Positions 49,135-60,710 are shown, counted from the whole stretch's first letter. The stretch is 61,868 bases of DNA, filler included, from Choristocarpus tenellus KU-1152 (GCA_964200185.2; 9 parts of 9 records of this genome joined end to end with filler, not necessarily neighbours in it); one strand, 5' to 3'. Program-made: numbers and translations. The notes: generated from the sequence alone by a model not told the origin.

Positions 49135-52100
49135 ATGTCGTCTTTCTTTGGTAACTACAACTGGAAGTTCCTATGCACTCCGCCTGTACCTGTAAGATTC
49201 GAGATCATATCTCCCATGAATGTTTTAGGTACTTTTTCTGACGTCAACGAAAGTATCTTAGGCAAGTGTTCATCTTAGACTTGAGTTGAATTCACTATCC
49301 ACTTGTTGATCACCTGAGTGTATGCGTAGTACTCTCCGCGATTATCTCGTTAATGAAATCTGGGAAAGCTCAAGTTTACTCTCTCACTTGCCCAAACTGT
49401 ATTAGTGCAAGAAGGGACCCAAGCAACAAGCGCCCTTCTTTGCTCACGATGAGCCAATCGCGCCTTTTGTGGCGATCGTCATGGGTCTTCAGGTGAGCTT
49501 ATAATTGCTGCTTTGTTGCAAGAGGTGTTCAACGAAAGCATGTTTACAGTTGCCCTGACCTTCATACGTTCGTATCGGCACTTTTGCATTTGTTTAGCAC
49601 GTACTCCTAATTTCATCTTGTGTTCGCAAAACACCACCACCTCTCGTTATATAAAGACCTTCTGCTTCACATACGTATCTGATCTTCCTGCGCCTAACCC
49701 TGGCATTCGGTACCTTCTCACACTGTGACCTTGCTGTTTTGTTCTCATTTTTGGCTATCCAGCATGCTCTAGCGATGGTCGGAGGAATAATCACGGTGCC
49801 ACTTCTTATATCTAATCTGTTCTCCGCCAACTTGTGAGACTTCAGTTACACCTAAGGGGTTGGGGCGTTGTTGGTTTGTGTGAATGGCTTCGCTGGGGGG
49901 CTGGATCCTTCTATATACTCGAAGGGGTCGAGATGCCATTCACTGATTTTATTTTCTCCTAGAGCTTCCAGTTTTCGCAATATTGTCTCGAGAAATGAAT
50001 CCGCATACGAATGGTGTTCCTTTTCTCATTAATGTCGAAGTGGCCGTGGGACGTGTCAGCGAAAGTCTTGCTTTGCATAGTCTTTCTGGAGTATTGGCTC
50101 TGTGATGGATATGTGCAACGTTAATACCTTCCATTCGAGTCAACAATGTTGGTCCCATGTGCTGGTCCTATCTTCGCTCTCGTTTCTACGTTAACTGAAT
50201 AAACAGGGGTGATGAGCAGCAGCAGTACTTGATCTCGGCCTCTCTTATAGTCTCTGGCATAACCTCCCTTATTCAAGTATGCCAAATCAGGATCCCTAAA
50301 ACAAGCATCGTCATTGGTACTGGGCTGATATCTGTCATGGGTACATCATTTACCTTCCTGCCCCTTGCCCAAGCCGCCCTTTCCCAGGTATAGTTGAATC
50401 GAAAGATTAGGACCTTTGATGTAAGCCTGAACAAAAACGAACAACTCGGCTAACAGTATTTTGTTACAGGTATCCTTTCCACTTTCCATCTTTTGATTTA
50501 ACTCGAGAGGAAGTGCACCACTCGCTCTATGGAAATATAATAAGATCTTTCCTCGGAACATCGTTATCCCTCTCTGTGTTTGAGCACCATATTTCAAGTC
50601 CTTGGACCCTTCCTCCCTGCATTGTGCTATTTTGCAGATGAAGTCCAAGTCAAAGTTTTTGCTCGACGATGGAGAGACATTTGATGGAGAAAAGGCCTAT
50701 GGTGCTATCCTAGGCACTGTCCTTGTGTGTACATGGTTGGAAGTTGCACTTGCCTTCGTGAGCCCCAAAATTCTCAAGAAAATCTTTCCACCAGTTGTAA
50801 CAGGAACGACCGTCTTCCTGATTGGAGCTGCACTCATCGGCACAGGTCTAAAATATTGGGGTGGTGGTGCTTTCTGTGCGGATAACCTCGAGTTTGATTG
50901 TACAAATGGGGAGGTGATACTGCCGTTTGGTTCCCCCGAGTACATTGGCTTGGGCTTCTCTGCGTTTTCAATGCTGGTGAGAGTGCTGGAGGATGTGAAG
51001 TGCTAAATAGCAGAATCTCCTCTGATGTGAGCCCAATAGATGGTGCAGGTACTCCCTAGTTGTCGATACGTGTTACATTGCAAATGGAGGAATTGAGAAC
51101 TGCTTCCCACATCATGAGTCATTAATCAGCTGGCATCAGATATTGATTGGACTTGTGGAAGAGGAATCATGGTAAGAGATGATTTGGATGCCTATGCAGG
51201 TGGCTTCAACAACAGACTAGAGAAGTGCTTAGAAGCTGTAGTAAGAGGGAAGAAAAGCCCACTGCAGCATGTGCAGGCCCCACACCTTGCAGAATATATA
51301 TAAATTATATATTAATCAGTAGTCTATGGCTTGGGTCCCTACCTGGTTGTGTTGGCATTTTCCTAGGTGATACTTGAACAGTTTGGCTCCCCCTTCATGC
51401 GCAGCATCAACGTTGTGATATCCCTACTCTTTGGGTATTTGATAGCCGCTGTCAGCGAAAAGGATGGAATGGACTTTGTCACCACGGACAAGATTGACCA
51501 AGGTGAGTGAGTATCTTAGTGAAGAAGTGTAAAAGAAATGGATCCTTGAGTGAAAGTATCTTACAGGGTACGAGTTTTGCCCTGTTTGTCCATTTGGGGC
51601 TTGGCTTCCCATGTTTTTTTAAAGGACAGTTTTCTATTCCAAAATGCTTCAGAATGGATATACATGAAACCGTTTCGGATTAGGTTTCATGTATAAAACA
51701 ATCAAAAGGTGTGTGTGGAACAAGGATATTGACACTTCCAAACAAGCACAACAGCCAAAATTACACCAAAATTGGAACATTGGATTTCGGCCCCCTAACG
51801 GACATGGCTCTACCCTCTGAGATACTTTTATCGATAAACTTGGATGATTCACGAAGTCAGTCGGTCCTTGAAAGTTGCTCCATTCTGTTAGTGACAGTGT
51901 CCTTTTCTTGGGTGTTGTGTTGACCCTCCTTGACAATTTTTTCAAAGATTAGTTGACAGCAGCTTCTTGCACGCACGTGATATGGACAACAACCTGCAGT
52001 GCACGCCAATGCTTTTTTCACCCCTCATACCCTGACCTCATCACCTTCTGTTTTTTCTCGCCAGCTGATTCTATCACCTTCCTCTGGGTTTACACGTACC

Positions 52101-54189
52101 CGCTGAGCGTGTACGCACCCCTACTTATCCCAATTCTCCTTGGTTTCCTTGTGACAACTGTGGAAACCATTGGAGATGTATCTACAACCATGGAGGTATC
52201 TAGACTACCAGTTGATGGTCCAGATGCTGTCAAGGTGAGGACCAGTACTACTATACTAACTTAGTCTTTTCCTGGGTGCCTGTAGAGTAGCAATAACTTG
52301 AGGGTAGTAATGGCAACTCAGGACTCAATGTTGCCTATTTTTTAAAGTCAGGACTGACACATTTCTATCCTCACTCCTTATTTTTGTTAAAATGAGCGAG
52401 GTGGCAGCTGTCCGTTTGGGTTCAAAAACAAAATTGTCGCGGTTTTTGTGTGATTTGGTTGCATACGTTGGATGGATAAAGTGCATTTTTCCTGTTTATG
52501 GCCCAAATGGACACCCTGGTGCAGACCCCCCCCCAGATACTTTGGATCTGTGCTTGATTATGGTTGAAATGTACATGCAGGGCACGTATTGAGGTGTGCG
52601 AATCACTGACCTCTAAAGGCACGTCACACCGTATGCATTTTACGTGGGTGATTTAAAATTCAATATCATTCCTCAATTTTCGATGTTTTCACGGTTTTAT
52701 TGATTTGTTACAATCCACAACTCTATTCTTGTTGCTGCGGTGACCCGTGTGCAGCAGTGCATCATCATCCCACTTGGAAGAACCTATGTGTTACATGAAC
52801 CTGCTATGACCGAAGCTTTCATTTTGAAGTGTAACCCTAACCCTAACCCTAGGTAAGTACAATGTTGCTACGCATCAACTTGAACAGGGTAGTGCAACAA
52901 GAGCGATAGGAAAGACACCAAAATCACGTTTCACTTCTCCTCACAGAAGATAATGTGAGTAAATTCGCAACCTCACCCTTACTCACTAATTCATCCTCGC
53001 TTATCTGATGCATCCTCTCTTGATTCGGTACCTCAATTGAAACAGAGGTTGACAGGGGGTATTCTTGGTGATGGTGTATCTAGCTTCCTGGCTGCGCTTG
53101 GCACACAGCTCCCCAACACAACCTTCAGCCAAAACAATGGAGTCATTGCACTTACTCGGTGCGCCTCCCAACGAGCAGGCATTGCGTGCAGCTGCTGGCT
53201 GATCCTGTTCGGCATACTGGCCAAGGCAAGTGCTTCTGTCCCTCTACCAAAATCACTATAATGTCAAGGATAGGCCTTGAGAGGCACGTGTTTGTGTTAC
53301 TAGACGGTAGACATATAAGCGTTCTGGTGGTAAGCTATCCCCTTAGACATTGCAAACTTTTATCTTCATATGGTGACACATTATTGTACATGCCGTTGTC
53401 TGCAACTTGTCTGTTTTGTTGGGGTGGATTTTCTTTAACAGGTGGCAGCATTCTTTGCCTCCATTCCGGATTGTGTTCTCGGAGGTGTGACTACCTTCCT
53501 CTTTGCTAATGTGGCAGTGTCTGGAATCAAGATCCTTGCACAGACCAAAATCTCACGCCGTGAACGTTTCATCGTTGCGTGCTCCCTGGGCCTAGGCCTA
53601 GGAATCACCATTGCCCCCCAATGGGCCACCAACAACCTATGGAACTGTGGAAACTGTAGCGATGTGGTTCAGGTAAGAATGAACCGCTTGCTGCATTTTT
53701 CGCTTCTTTCTACAACAGTCTGTTTTGCGACATGCGCATGATCTATGTGTGTAGCCAATAGTTGATACGAAAATGTGTTTTCCCATATGCGTTGCAAAGT
53801 GTCCCAGCCCTCATCTCGCTCACACACAAAAAAAATCCACTGCATTTGGTCATAACTATTGAGTATGCCAATTTGGCTGTCCTCGCTCAGCTGGGTTGCA
53901 AATCATGAGATGCTTACTTATCACGAGATGGACAACATTTTGTTCCTCATGTATGTCTCACCCACCCATCCACCCATCCATCCATGCCTTTGCGCATCTC
54001 ATTCCCTTTATCTCCCAGAGCCTTCGTGATGGTGTCATCCTGATCCTCAGCACTGGCTACTCCTTTGGCTGCCTGGTGGCAACAATCCTCAACCTCATTA
54101 TTCCAGCTGAGGCTGAAGAGGAAGATGCCAAGTCAGATGGGGATCTCAAGGTTGAAGATGACCCTGCAGCTATTGCCATGGTGGCTTAA
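49135..54189 (+). CDS. uapA: Uric acid/xanthine permease (NAT/NCS2 family, UapA/UapC-like); complete, 10 exons: 49135-49191, 49406-49492, 49763-49833, 50207-50387, 50638-50976, 51367-51502, 52065-52234, 53046-53225, 53442-53672, 54019-54189 (1623 nt, 540 aa)
   Basis: All phases consistent; TM1 motif GLQ|HALAM, GTSFTF, IFPPVVTG, VETIGD, NAT signature TTFSQNNGVIALTR, IPDCVLGG, ILNLIIP; in-frame stop upstream of the ATG; intron 8 is GC-AG. Confidence 0.95.
51548..51833 (-). mobile_element. MITE family A (intron 6 of permease), with an internal insertion
   Basis: Both TIRs recognisable; about 25 bp longer than the other copies. Confidence 0.88.
52398..52548 (+). mobile_element. MITE family B, 5'-eroded (intron 7 of permease)
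   Basis: CCCAAATGGACACCCTGGTGCAGAC + C-run + AGATACTTTG; the interior aligns to 296-473. Confidence 0.75.
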
Positions 54190-55125
54190 GTCACTGCTCT
54201 GAATTGATAATGTGACATATGCTGCGTTGAACAAGGATGTGTCCACTACTATGTTCATAGGTGGACACTGACTATACATGTCTGAGAAATATTTACTAGT
54301 CGACATTTATCCATGTAAAAACAATTGTGACATTCCCTCAAGGAATTTATGGGAAAGCTGTTTGATAGTTTCTGTATTTTCTATTCAGTAAGGTAAGGTT
54401 GTCAACATTGATGTGAAGTTATCACAGTAATTCAATTGAATTTGAAGATATCAACAGCAAATGAGGTTTGATTCAGTTGGTTTGTCTTTTGTGCATGGTG
54501 CAAGCATGTTTTAAGTTTTGCGTGCAGAGAAAATTCGATCAACTATTGGATTCGCAACACCAGTCATTATGGCATTGTGACCTAGGATGCAACCATGTAC
54601 AATGTTCGTGGGTGTGTTTTCTTCTCAAAATGTTTGGTTGATGTTTGGACCTTTTTTGCGTATTTCTTTGAAAAGCCTGTGGAATACTTAACATCTGGGC
54701 AGCATCTTGGAAAATTGGGGACTCTTTTATTGCATGTCTTTAGTCACAGTTTTTATTTGTGTGGAAGGAGGGACACAATATTTGCGTAACTCTTCCACCT
54801 AATTTTCTGCTTTCTCACCACAAGTCACTCTGCATGACCGCTCCTTGACTGTACGGTAAAATGAGAGGTCATACATTTTCACATTCTACTTTAGAGACAA
54901 AGATGATCCTACTACCATTTCAGAACGTGTGTAGATTTTCTCTGTGATCTGAGTGGAGACCCTACTCTCACCATTGTTTCTACGAAGATTGGCGTGTGAG
55001 AAGCATCAAACAGTACTCTTTATGTGCAAATTCCTCAAGAGAGTCTATCGACAATGTGCTACAAGGAGAAGGGCTAACGGCCTTTCTCATTGTTGCTATA
55101 ATTTGAATGGTTTTAAACAAACTAT

Positions 55126-55362
55126 GAGTGAATGTATTTTAGAGGGTACTAGCTTTTCCCTGTTTGTCCATTTGGGGCTTGGCTTCCCACGGGTTTTTAA
55201 TGACATTTTACCTACTCCAAAATTTCGGAGTAGATAAAATGTGTATGTTACGAAACGGTAAGTCCGGAACAAGGATATTGACCTCTCCTAACCAACATGA
55301 TAGCTAAAGTTACATCAAAATTGCAACATTGGATTTTGGTCCCCAAATGGATGTGGCCCTAC
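55126..55362 (-). mobile_element. MITE family A, one TIR lost
   Basis: Aligns over ~235 bp including the palindrome. Confidence 0.85.
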
Positions 55363-55756
55363 GGTCTGACTTGCCCATACTTCGTGTGTGATGAAGCTGA
55401 AAAACGCTAACATACATTAGTAGGAGTTTGCTCTGTGTTTACACTTCCCAGTTGTGGATACATTGAAGTGCGGCGCCCTCATTTCTTCTGCTTAGAGCAC
55501 AACCCATTTTGAGGGATTTCTCATAATTTTGTTGTGAAGTGCTTACGAGTTAATTTCCATGCAGTACAGTAAGTGTAAGTAGTGTAGTTTCTGCCTACCA
55601 CCAATTAACCTTTTTTTCTCATGATAATGGAACTGTTTACCGAAGTATTATTTTGAGTGTTCAAATTTCGCTCAAGAGATAGGAGAGACAGGATGTGCAG
55701 GACAAGATCGACGCTCTGCCTTACAAGAACAAATATCTGTTGGTACAAACTATATA

Positions 55757-56925
55757 CTACCTCCGTGCCATAAGTCTGTTCTGCGTTGTCCATAACTTTT
55801 GAAGATGTTGATGAAGTTCACTTCTGAAAGATTTGGAATCCTTGACGAATTTCTGGTTAGGGGCAGCTTTTTGTTCTTATTTCTCTCCACCCATCACAAA
55901 TTTTTCAGCCACAGAAAAAGCCTCCATTCATGTCTACCACCGTGTTTTCAAGCTAACCAGACAGCTGCCTCTACCTTACCCCCTGTGTGCTCCACACTGA
56001 AGTCATTCCCCCCTTTGTATCTAAGTACTTGATTGTACACCACAAAAAGGAGCTGCCAAGCCCTTTCAAGTGTGGTTTCATCATACTCCTCATACTGTTT
56101 CTTAAATGACCTTCACCATCTCCTCGATGGAACCAAACCGCTCCCTCATCACCAACATTTCAAAGATCTGAAGAAGCACAGGTCCACGATATTGAGGTCG
56201 GAGTTAGATGGCTGCGTCACAAGCCTAATCGATCACCCCTCAGTCTTCCATGCCCCTGACAAGATTTCTGAGTTGCCCTTGCCCCTGTGGGGGGTGGCAC
56301 CATGTTGCTAAACAACGTGCTTCCTCTGCAACCAAGGCATCTTGGTCTTCATTGCATGCAGTAAATTCCGTGTGCCACTTCCTTTACACATATGGTCTAA
56401 AGTACAGTCCTACTCATACACATCCCCATTATTATGGTTCTTGCTTATCCTGTCTGCCGTTTTGGGCGCACACACCCGCCAAACACCAAGCTTTCCATCA
56501 AACCTGTGAGCCGAATCTGGGCGGACGTTGGCTGCAATGATCATGGTTTGGGGGATATGACTCTTGTTCTGCACAGTAGGGGACCCTGGAAGGTCACTAT
56601 CATCCTCATGCGGAAATACCCTAACCCTTTCCCCATCAGCTATCACGTAAAGAGCGAACGTATTTAAGAGGGTACGAGTTTTCCCTGTTTGTCCATTTGG
56701 GGCTTGCTTGCCCACGGTTTTTTAATGACATTTTACCTACTATTCCAAAATATTTCGGAGTAGGTACAATGTATACGATATGAAAAGAAGTGTCCGGAAC
56801 AAGGACATGAACATCTCCTAACAAACAAGATAGCCAAAACTACATGAAAATTGCGACATTGGATTTCGGCCCCCAAATGGGCGCGGCTCTACCCTCTAAG
56901 ATACTTTGACTCAAAATGAGGTTTC
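55757..56925 (-). mobile_element. Decayed DD39D-like (plant-mariner/Soymar-type) transposon with Stowaway-type TIR
   Basis: Minus-strand pieces ETSFYV, VQNKSHIPQTMIIAANVRPD..FDGKLGVW..ADRISKNH, LLHAMKTKMPW..*QHGATPH, IRLVTQPSNSDLNIVDLCFFRSLK, GSIEEMVKVI, YEEYDETTLERAW..VLRYKGG, with stops and frameshifts; 3' terminus TA|CTACCTCCGT at 55755-55766. Confidence 0.85.
56652..56912 (-). mobile_element. MITE family A inserted in the mariner transposase
   Basis: Both TIRs; TSD AAA; removing the element plus one AAA restores the transposase frame. Confidence 0.92.
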
Positions 56926-56969
56926 TGTTGAACTATCCCACACTGGACCCGCGGCTTTTATGGTGCTTT
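56926..56969 (+). mobile_element. End of an LTR (same family as 29373-29752), truncated by the contig end
   Basis: TGTTGAACTATCCCACACTGGACCCG...TTTTATGGTGCTTT is nearly identical to 29373-29416. Confidence 0.85.
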
Positions 56970-58508
56970 NNNNNNNNNNNNNNNNNNNNNNNNNNNNNNN
57001 NNNNNNNNNNNNNTTAATTAATTAANNNNNNNNNNNNNNNNNNNNNNNNNNNNNNNNNNNNNNNNNNNNTATATTTCCTGTTGTTGTTCTGGTGTCTTGC
57101 TGCTCGTGTATTTATTTATTTTTTGGGGGGGGGGGATTTCAACGATTCGTGGCAAGGTACATTGCACTGCATGATAGTATGCATAAAATAGTAAAATAAA
57201 CTAAAATAGTATTATTTCATCGTAGGTCTGTAACCCCCCCCCCCCACCCCGGTTAGTCCTGTTTTGAACATATGCTATGAACATGGCCCTTGTCTTTATC
57301 CTTTTGAAATTAACCCTAACCCTAGCCCTAACCCTAACTCATTCATTATCATTTGTGGGCAATTCCAAGAGCACACATACCGTGAATGGTTATTGAATGT
57401 CAAGCGATCCCTAGGACATCACGGAGTTTATTTTTGGACTACTTTATTGTTTTTATCATATATTGTGTTTAAATCGAACAGTTTTTCTTTTTTTGCACAG
57501 AGTCGCAAACAAGGTTAAATTTAAAAAAAGGTTAAAAGGACCCGATGAGTAGATCTGATGTATGCTGACTTCCTCTTTTGAAAGGTTCATATTGACACTA
57601 TCTTATACTTCTGTTCAGGGTTAGTTCAAACATACAGTTTTGTGGGGTAGTAGGCTATTTTTTTTTATGCACAACAGAGTACCAGATTTTTTGTTTTTGT
57701 GGGGGTCGTGCAACTACCAGTATGAGGTATACCCTAAAATCTCAGTGAAATCCGACATAGTCGATCTATTCTACGCGGCCCCCTTCAAAGCCACAAGAAA
57801 CGCCTTCCCAATGTGGTATAAAAGTAATCTCAGCAAACGGTTCAAACTGATGATGAGTGGAGGAAGAAGTTAAAGGTACTCCGGAATAAAAATAAAAAAG
57901 TAATTGCTTGATGCAAACCACAGGTAAGGTAGGACAGAATGATTTTATGTTGTACTGAGTGGAAGCAGTCAGTAGATTATAGTAATAGTAATTCATGTAC
58001 CCTAACCCTAACCATATTTATTTATTTATTATTCTAGTGTAGTGTAAATTGAAAGCAAACAACTAACTCTTGAAGAGGGGTATTGCACTGGGAGGGGGCC
58101 AGGGAGACAGACTGATATCAATGGGTCATATGAGGAGGAATGCAAAGGAAAGGACAAGAGGTCAAGCAGGCCTTGGTGATAGTCATATATATCTGTGATT
58201 GAGGTCACATTCAGAAGTTTTGAAAGGTGCAGAGAAAGCAAACCGCCTTGGGGACATGGTTGAATGGGGACTGTAATGATGTGATGAATGTTTCAAGATA
58301 TCTGATCAAGGTTTTATTTGTAGTATTTTTGTTGTCTGTAGCGACTTATCTCAGTTTATCTCAGTTAAGTTGTTTGATTGTTTGAACACTTTGTCGTAGT
58401 GAATGGGTGATGTTATGGGGGGGGAGGGGGGNNNNNNNNNNTTTGTTGTGTTCTTTTTTTTTTATTTTTTTGTTTTGTTTTTTTGTTTTTTTTTGTTCTC
58501 TTGGGGGT

Positions 58509-58546
<38 letters not shown>

Positions 58547-59432
58547 GATGTTGTCTCACTGAGGTGGTGTAAGTCTAGTGTGTGTACAACTGTACCTTTA
58601 CATGAAATATTATTTTTATTATTGAGGTATTGAATCGCTCATGAGCAGGGGGGTTTTTATTAATAAAAAAATTCGCATGGGCAGGTGGCATCTGATGTCC
58701 ATGACAGAATCAAGCCAGTCAGAGTCATCCCTCCAATTTCTCAGTCAGATAAATGGCAGAATCGAGCCAACAATAATAGAGCCATTTTGCTAGCATTGTA
58801 GGTATGAGTTTCGTTGGTTCAGGCCCCTTCAACAACATATTTATTTTTTACTGTTTTAAGGGCAGTATGGCTATAGGTAGCTACAGGCAGCCACTGACGG
58901 GTTTGTCTTTGTCTAGGGATGGCTACTAAAATCCTGAGTATATATTGTCTCTATGTGTGCTACAGGTTGGATGAGGTGCTGTAGGGCTCTGGGGCTATAC
59001 ACCAAGAGAGGGAAATAAAATGATGAGAAGAGGTGTTGTATTTATTGTATTGTAATGAATTTATTCTAAGGATAGTTTTATTTGGTTCACCTTGTTTCAA
59101 GTGTACCTAACTTACCTAACTTGTCTTGATTTCTGATGTACTTATTCAAAGTCCTGACTGAAGTAACCTTAACCCTGACCCTAACCCTAACCCCATGTGC
59201 TCTCTGCTGCCCATCCCCTCACCTTACCTTCCTGGCCACAGCTTTAATACTTACTACCCTGATATCCCATAACTATAATAATAAAAATAATAATAATATA
59301 TTATTTTACAGCATAATGGTGAAAGATTATGATAACACTAACAATACTAACAGTGATAATATTAATAATGATAATATTAATAATGATAATATTAATAAAG
59401 ATAACTGACATTGGGGCGGTGGTGATCATCAG

Positions 59433-60710
59433 GGGAGGGGAGAGGATCACTCTTGGGTCCTTCCTCTACAGGGACGACTGCTATGTACTGCTCATGAAGC
59501 TCATTCAGATCAGTCGCAAGCTAACCGAACTAGACCTTGCCAGTGGCGATGAGGGCCACAAGAGGCCAAGAGGACCAACAACGATTGACCCTACGGAGGA
59601 CGAGTCTAGGGCTGTTGGTGGTGAGGAGGAAGTACCTGTAAACCTTCTGGATGGAGGCCGTGTTCACTGCCTTTCTGAGGTTAGGAAAGAGTGGAATCAC
59701 TTACTCTATTTTTTTGTGTGTATGTAATACCGCCACCACTTAAAAACTATATAAACAAATAATAAGTTTTTAAAAAATAAATAAATAAAGGTACAAAAAT
59801 TGAAGAAGAAAAAACTCTGGTAAGATCTGAAGTGTCATAACCATGTAACCCTTCTATATTTTTGATTACGGAGGGGAGGGGGGGGAATGGTGTGGTGGAT
59901 TTTGTGTTGCGATTTGTGTTCTTTGGTAAAAGTGACAAAAAAAATAAGAGATGAGAAGAACTTTTTTTTATTAAGAACAGCCTTACAACTTCATGCTCGT
60001 TGCCTGAATGATCAAGAAAAAGAAAGCAGTGCTCAAAAGTATATATTGCTTTAAAATTACCAATGATAGTATTCATAGTTTTTTCTTGGAAGCATTTCAT
60101 TGTGTGTTTTGTTCTAGTTTTATCCTCGTTGTATAATTTATTTATTTATTTTCCTAATGCTATCTGCAGTATAAAGGTATTGACATTGAGTGAGTGATGT
60201 CTGTGTCTACTCTCCTCTTCCAATTCACTAAATTTTCTTTTTATTACTATCTTTTAATATTATTTATCGCATGTTTTTTACCTCAGGGGGTTAGGGGCCA
60301 CCGCCACAACTCTCAAAATTTTAAATTTCCACCCCATTTTTTAATCAATTTTGTGTTTGTCTATGTTTTGGAACCATTTTGATATGTTCTTACAGGTATT
60401 TTTTGCACTCTGTCCCAAGTTTACAGGATGTTCTTTGTCCTTTTGCACATGCTTTGGGACATATAGATATAGATAGATACAGATACAGATTTTTTTGTCA
60501 ACCATCCCGAATAGTTATCCAATTTTATTTTATTTTTTTGTCAATTTTCAGTTGGAGCTGCAAGAGTGGGAAGCTCAAGAGAGTAATGCGGAACCATTGG
60601 AGGGACAACCATGCGTAGTTCTCACTCAGCCCCTTCCACCTGATGGACCACTCCAAGAAGGAAGTTTTGAGGAGATGTTGGATGAAGTACTCCCCTGCAC
60701 TGTGGCACAG
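59433..60710 (+). CDS. GRAM-domain / VASt (StART-like) lipid-transfer protein, internal exons 59433-59679 and 60552-60710; partial
   Basis: GGERITLGSFLYRDDCYVLL resembles the end of a GRAM/PH-like domain (SF..RD..Y.LI); MLDEVLPCTVAQ resembles the start of a VASt domain; GT-AG, phase-0 join. Confidence 0.6.

Noticed and set aside
22541-52548. MITEs as introner (intron-generating) elements
   Set aside because: All copies lie inside larger introns or intergenic DNA; none coincides with a splice boundary.
4054-57069. Regularly recurring TTAATTAATTAA palindrome as a biological repeat, and the gene set (sulfite oxidase, purine permease, V-ATPase H) as a cluster
   Set aside because: Each copy is centred in exactly 44+44 Ns: an artificial six-frame-stop linker. 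The genes lie on separate contigs, so adjacency means nothing.
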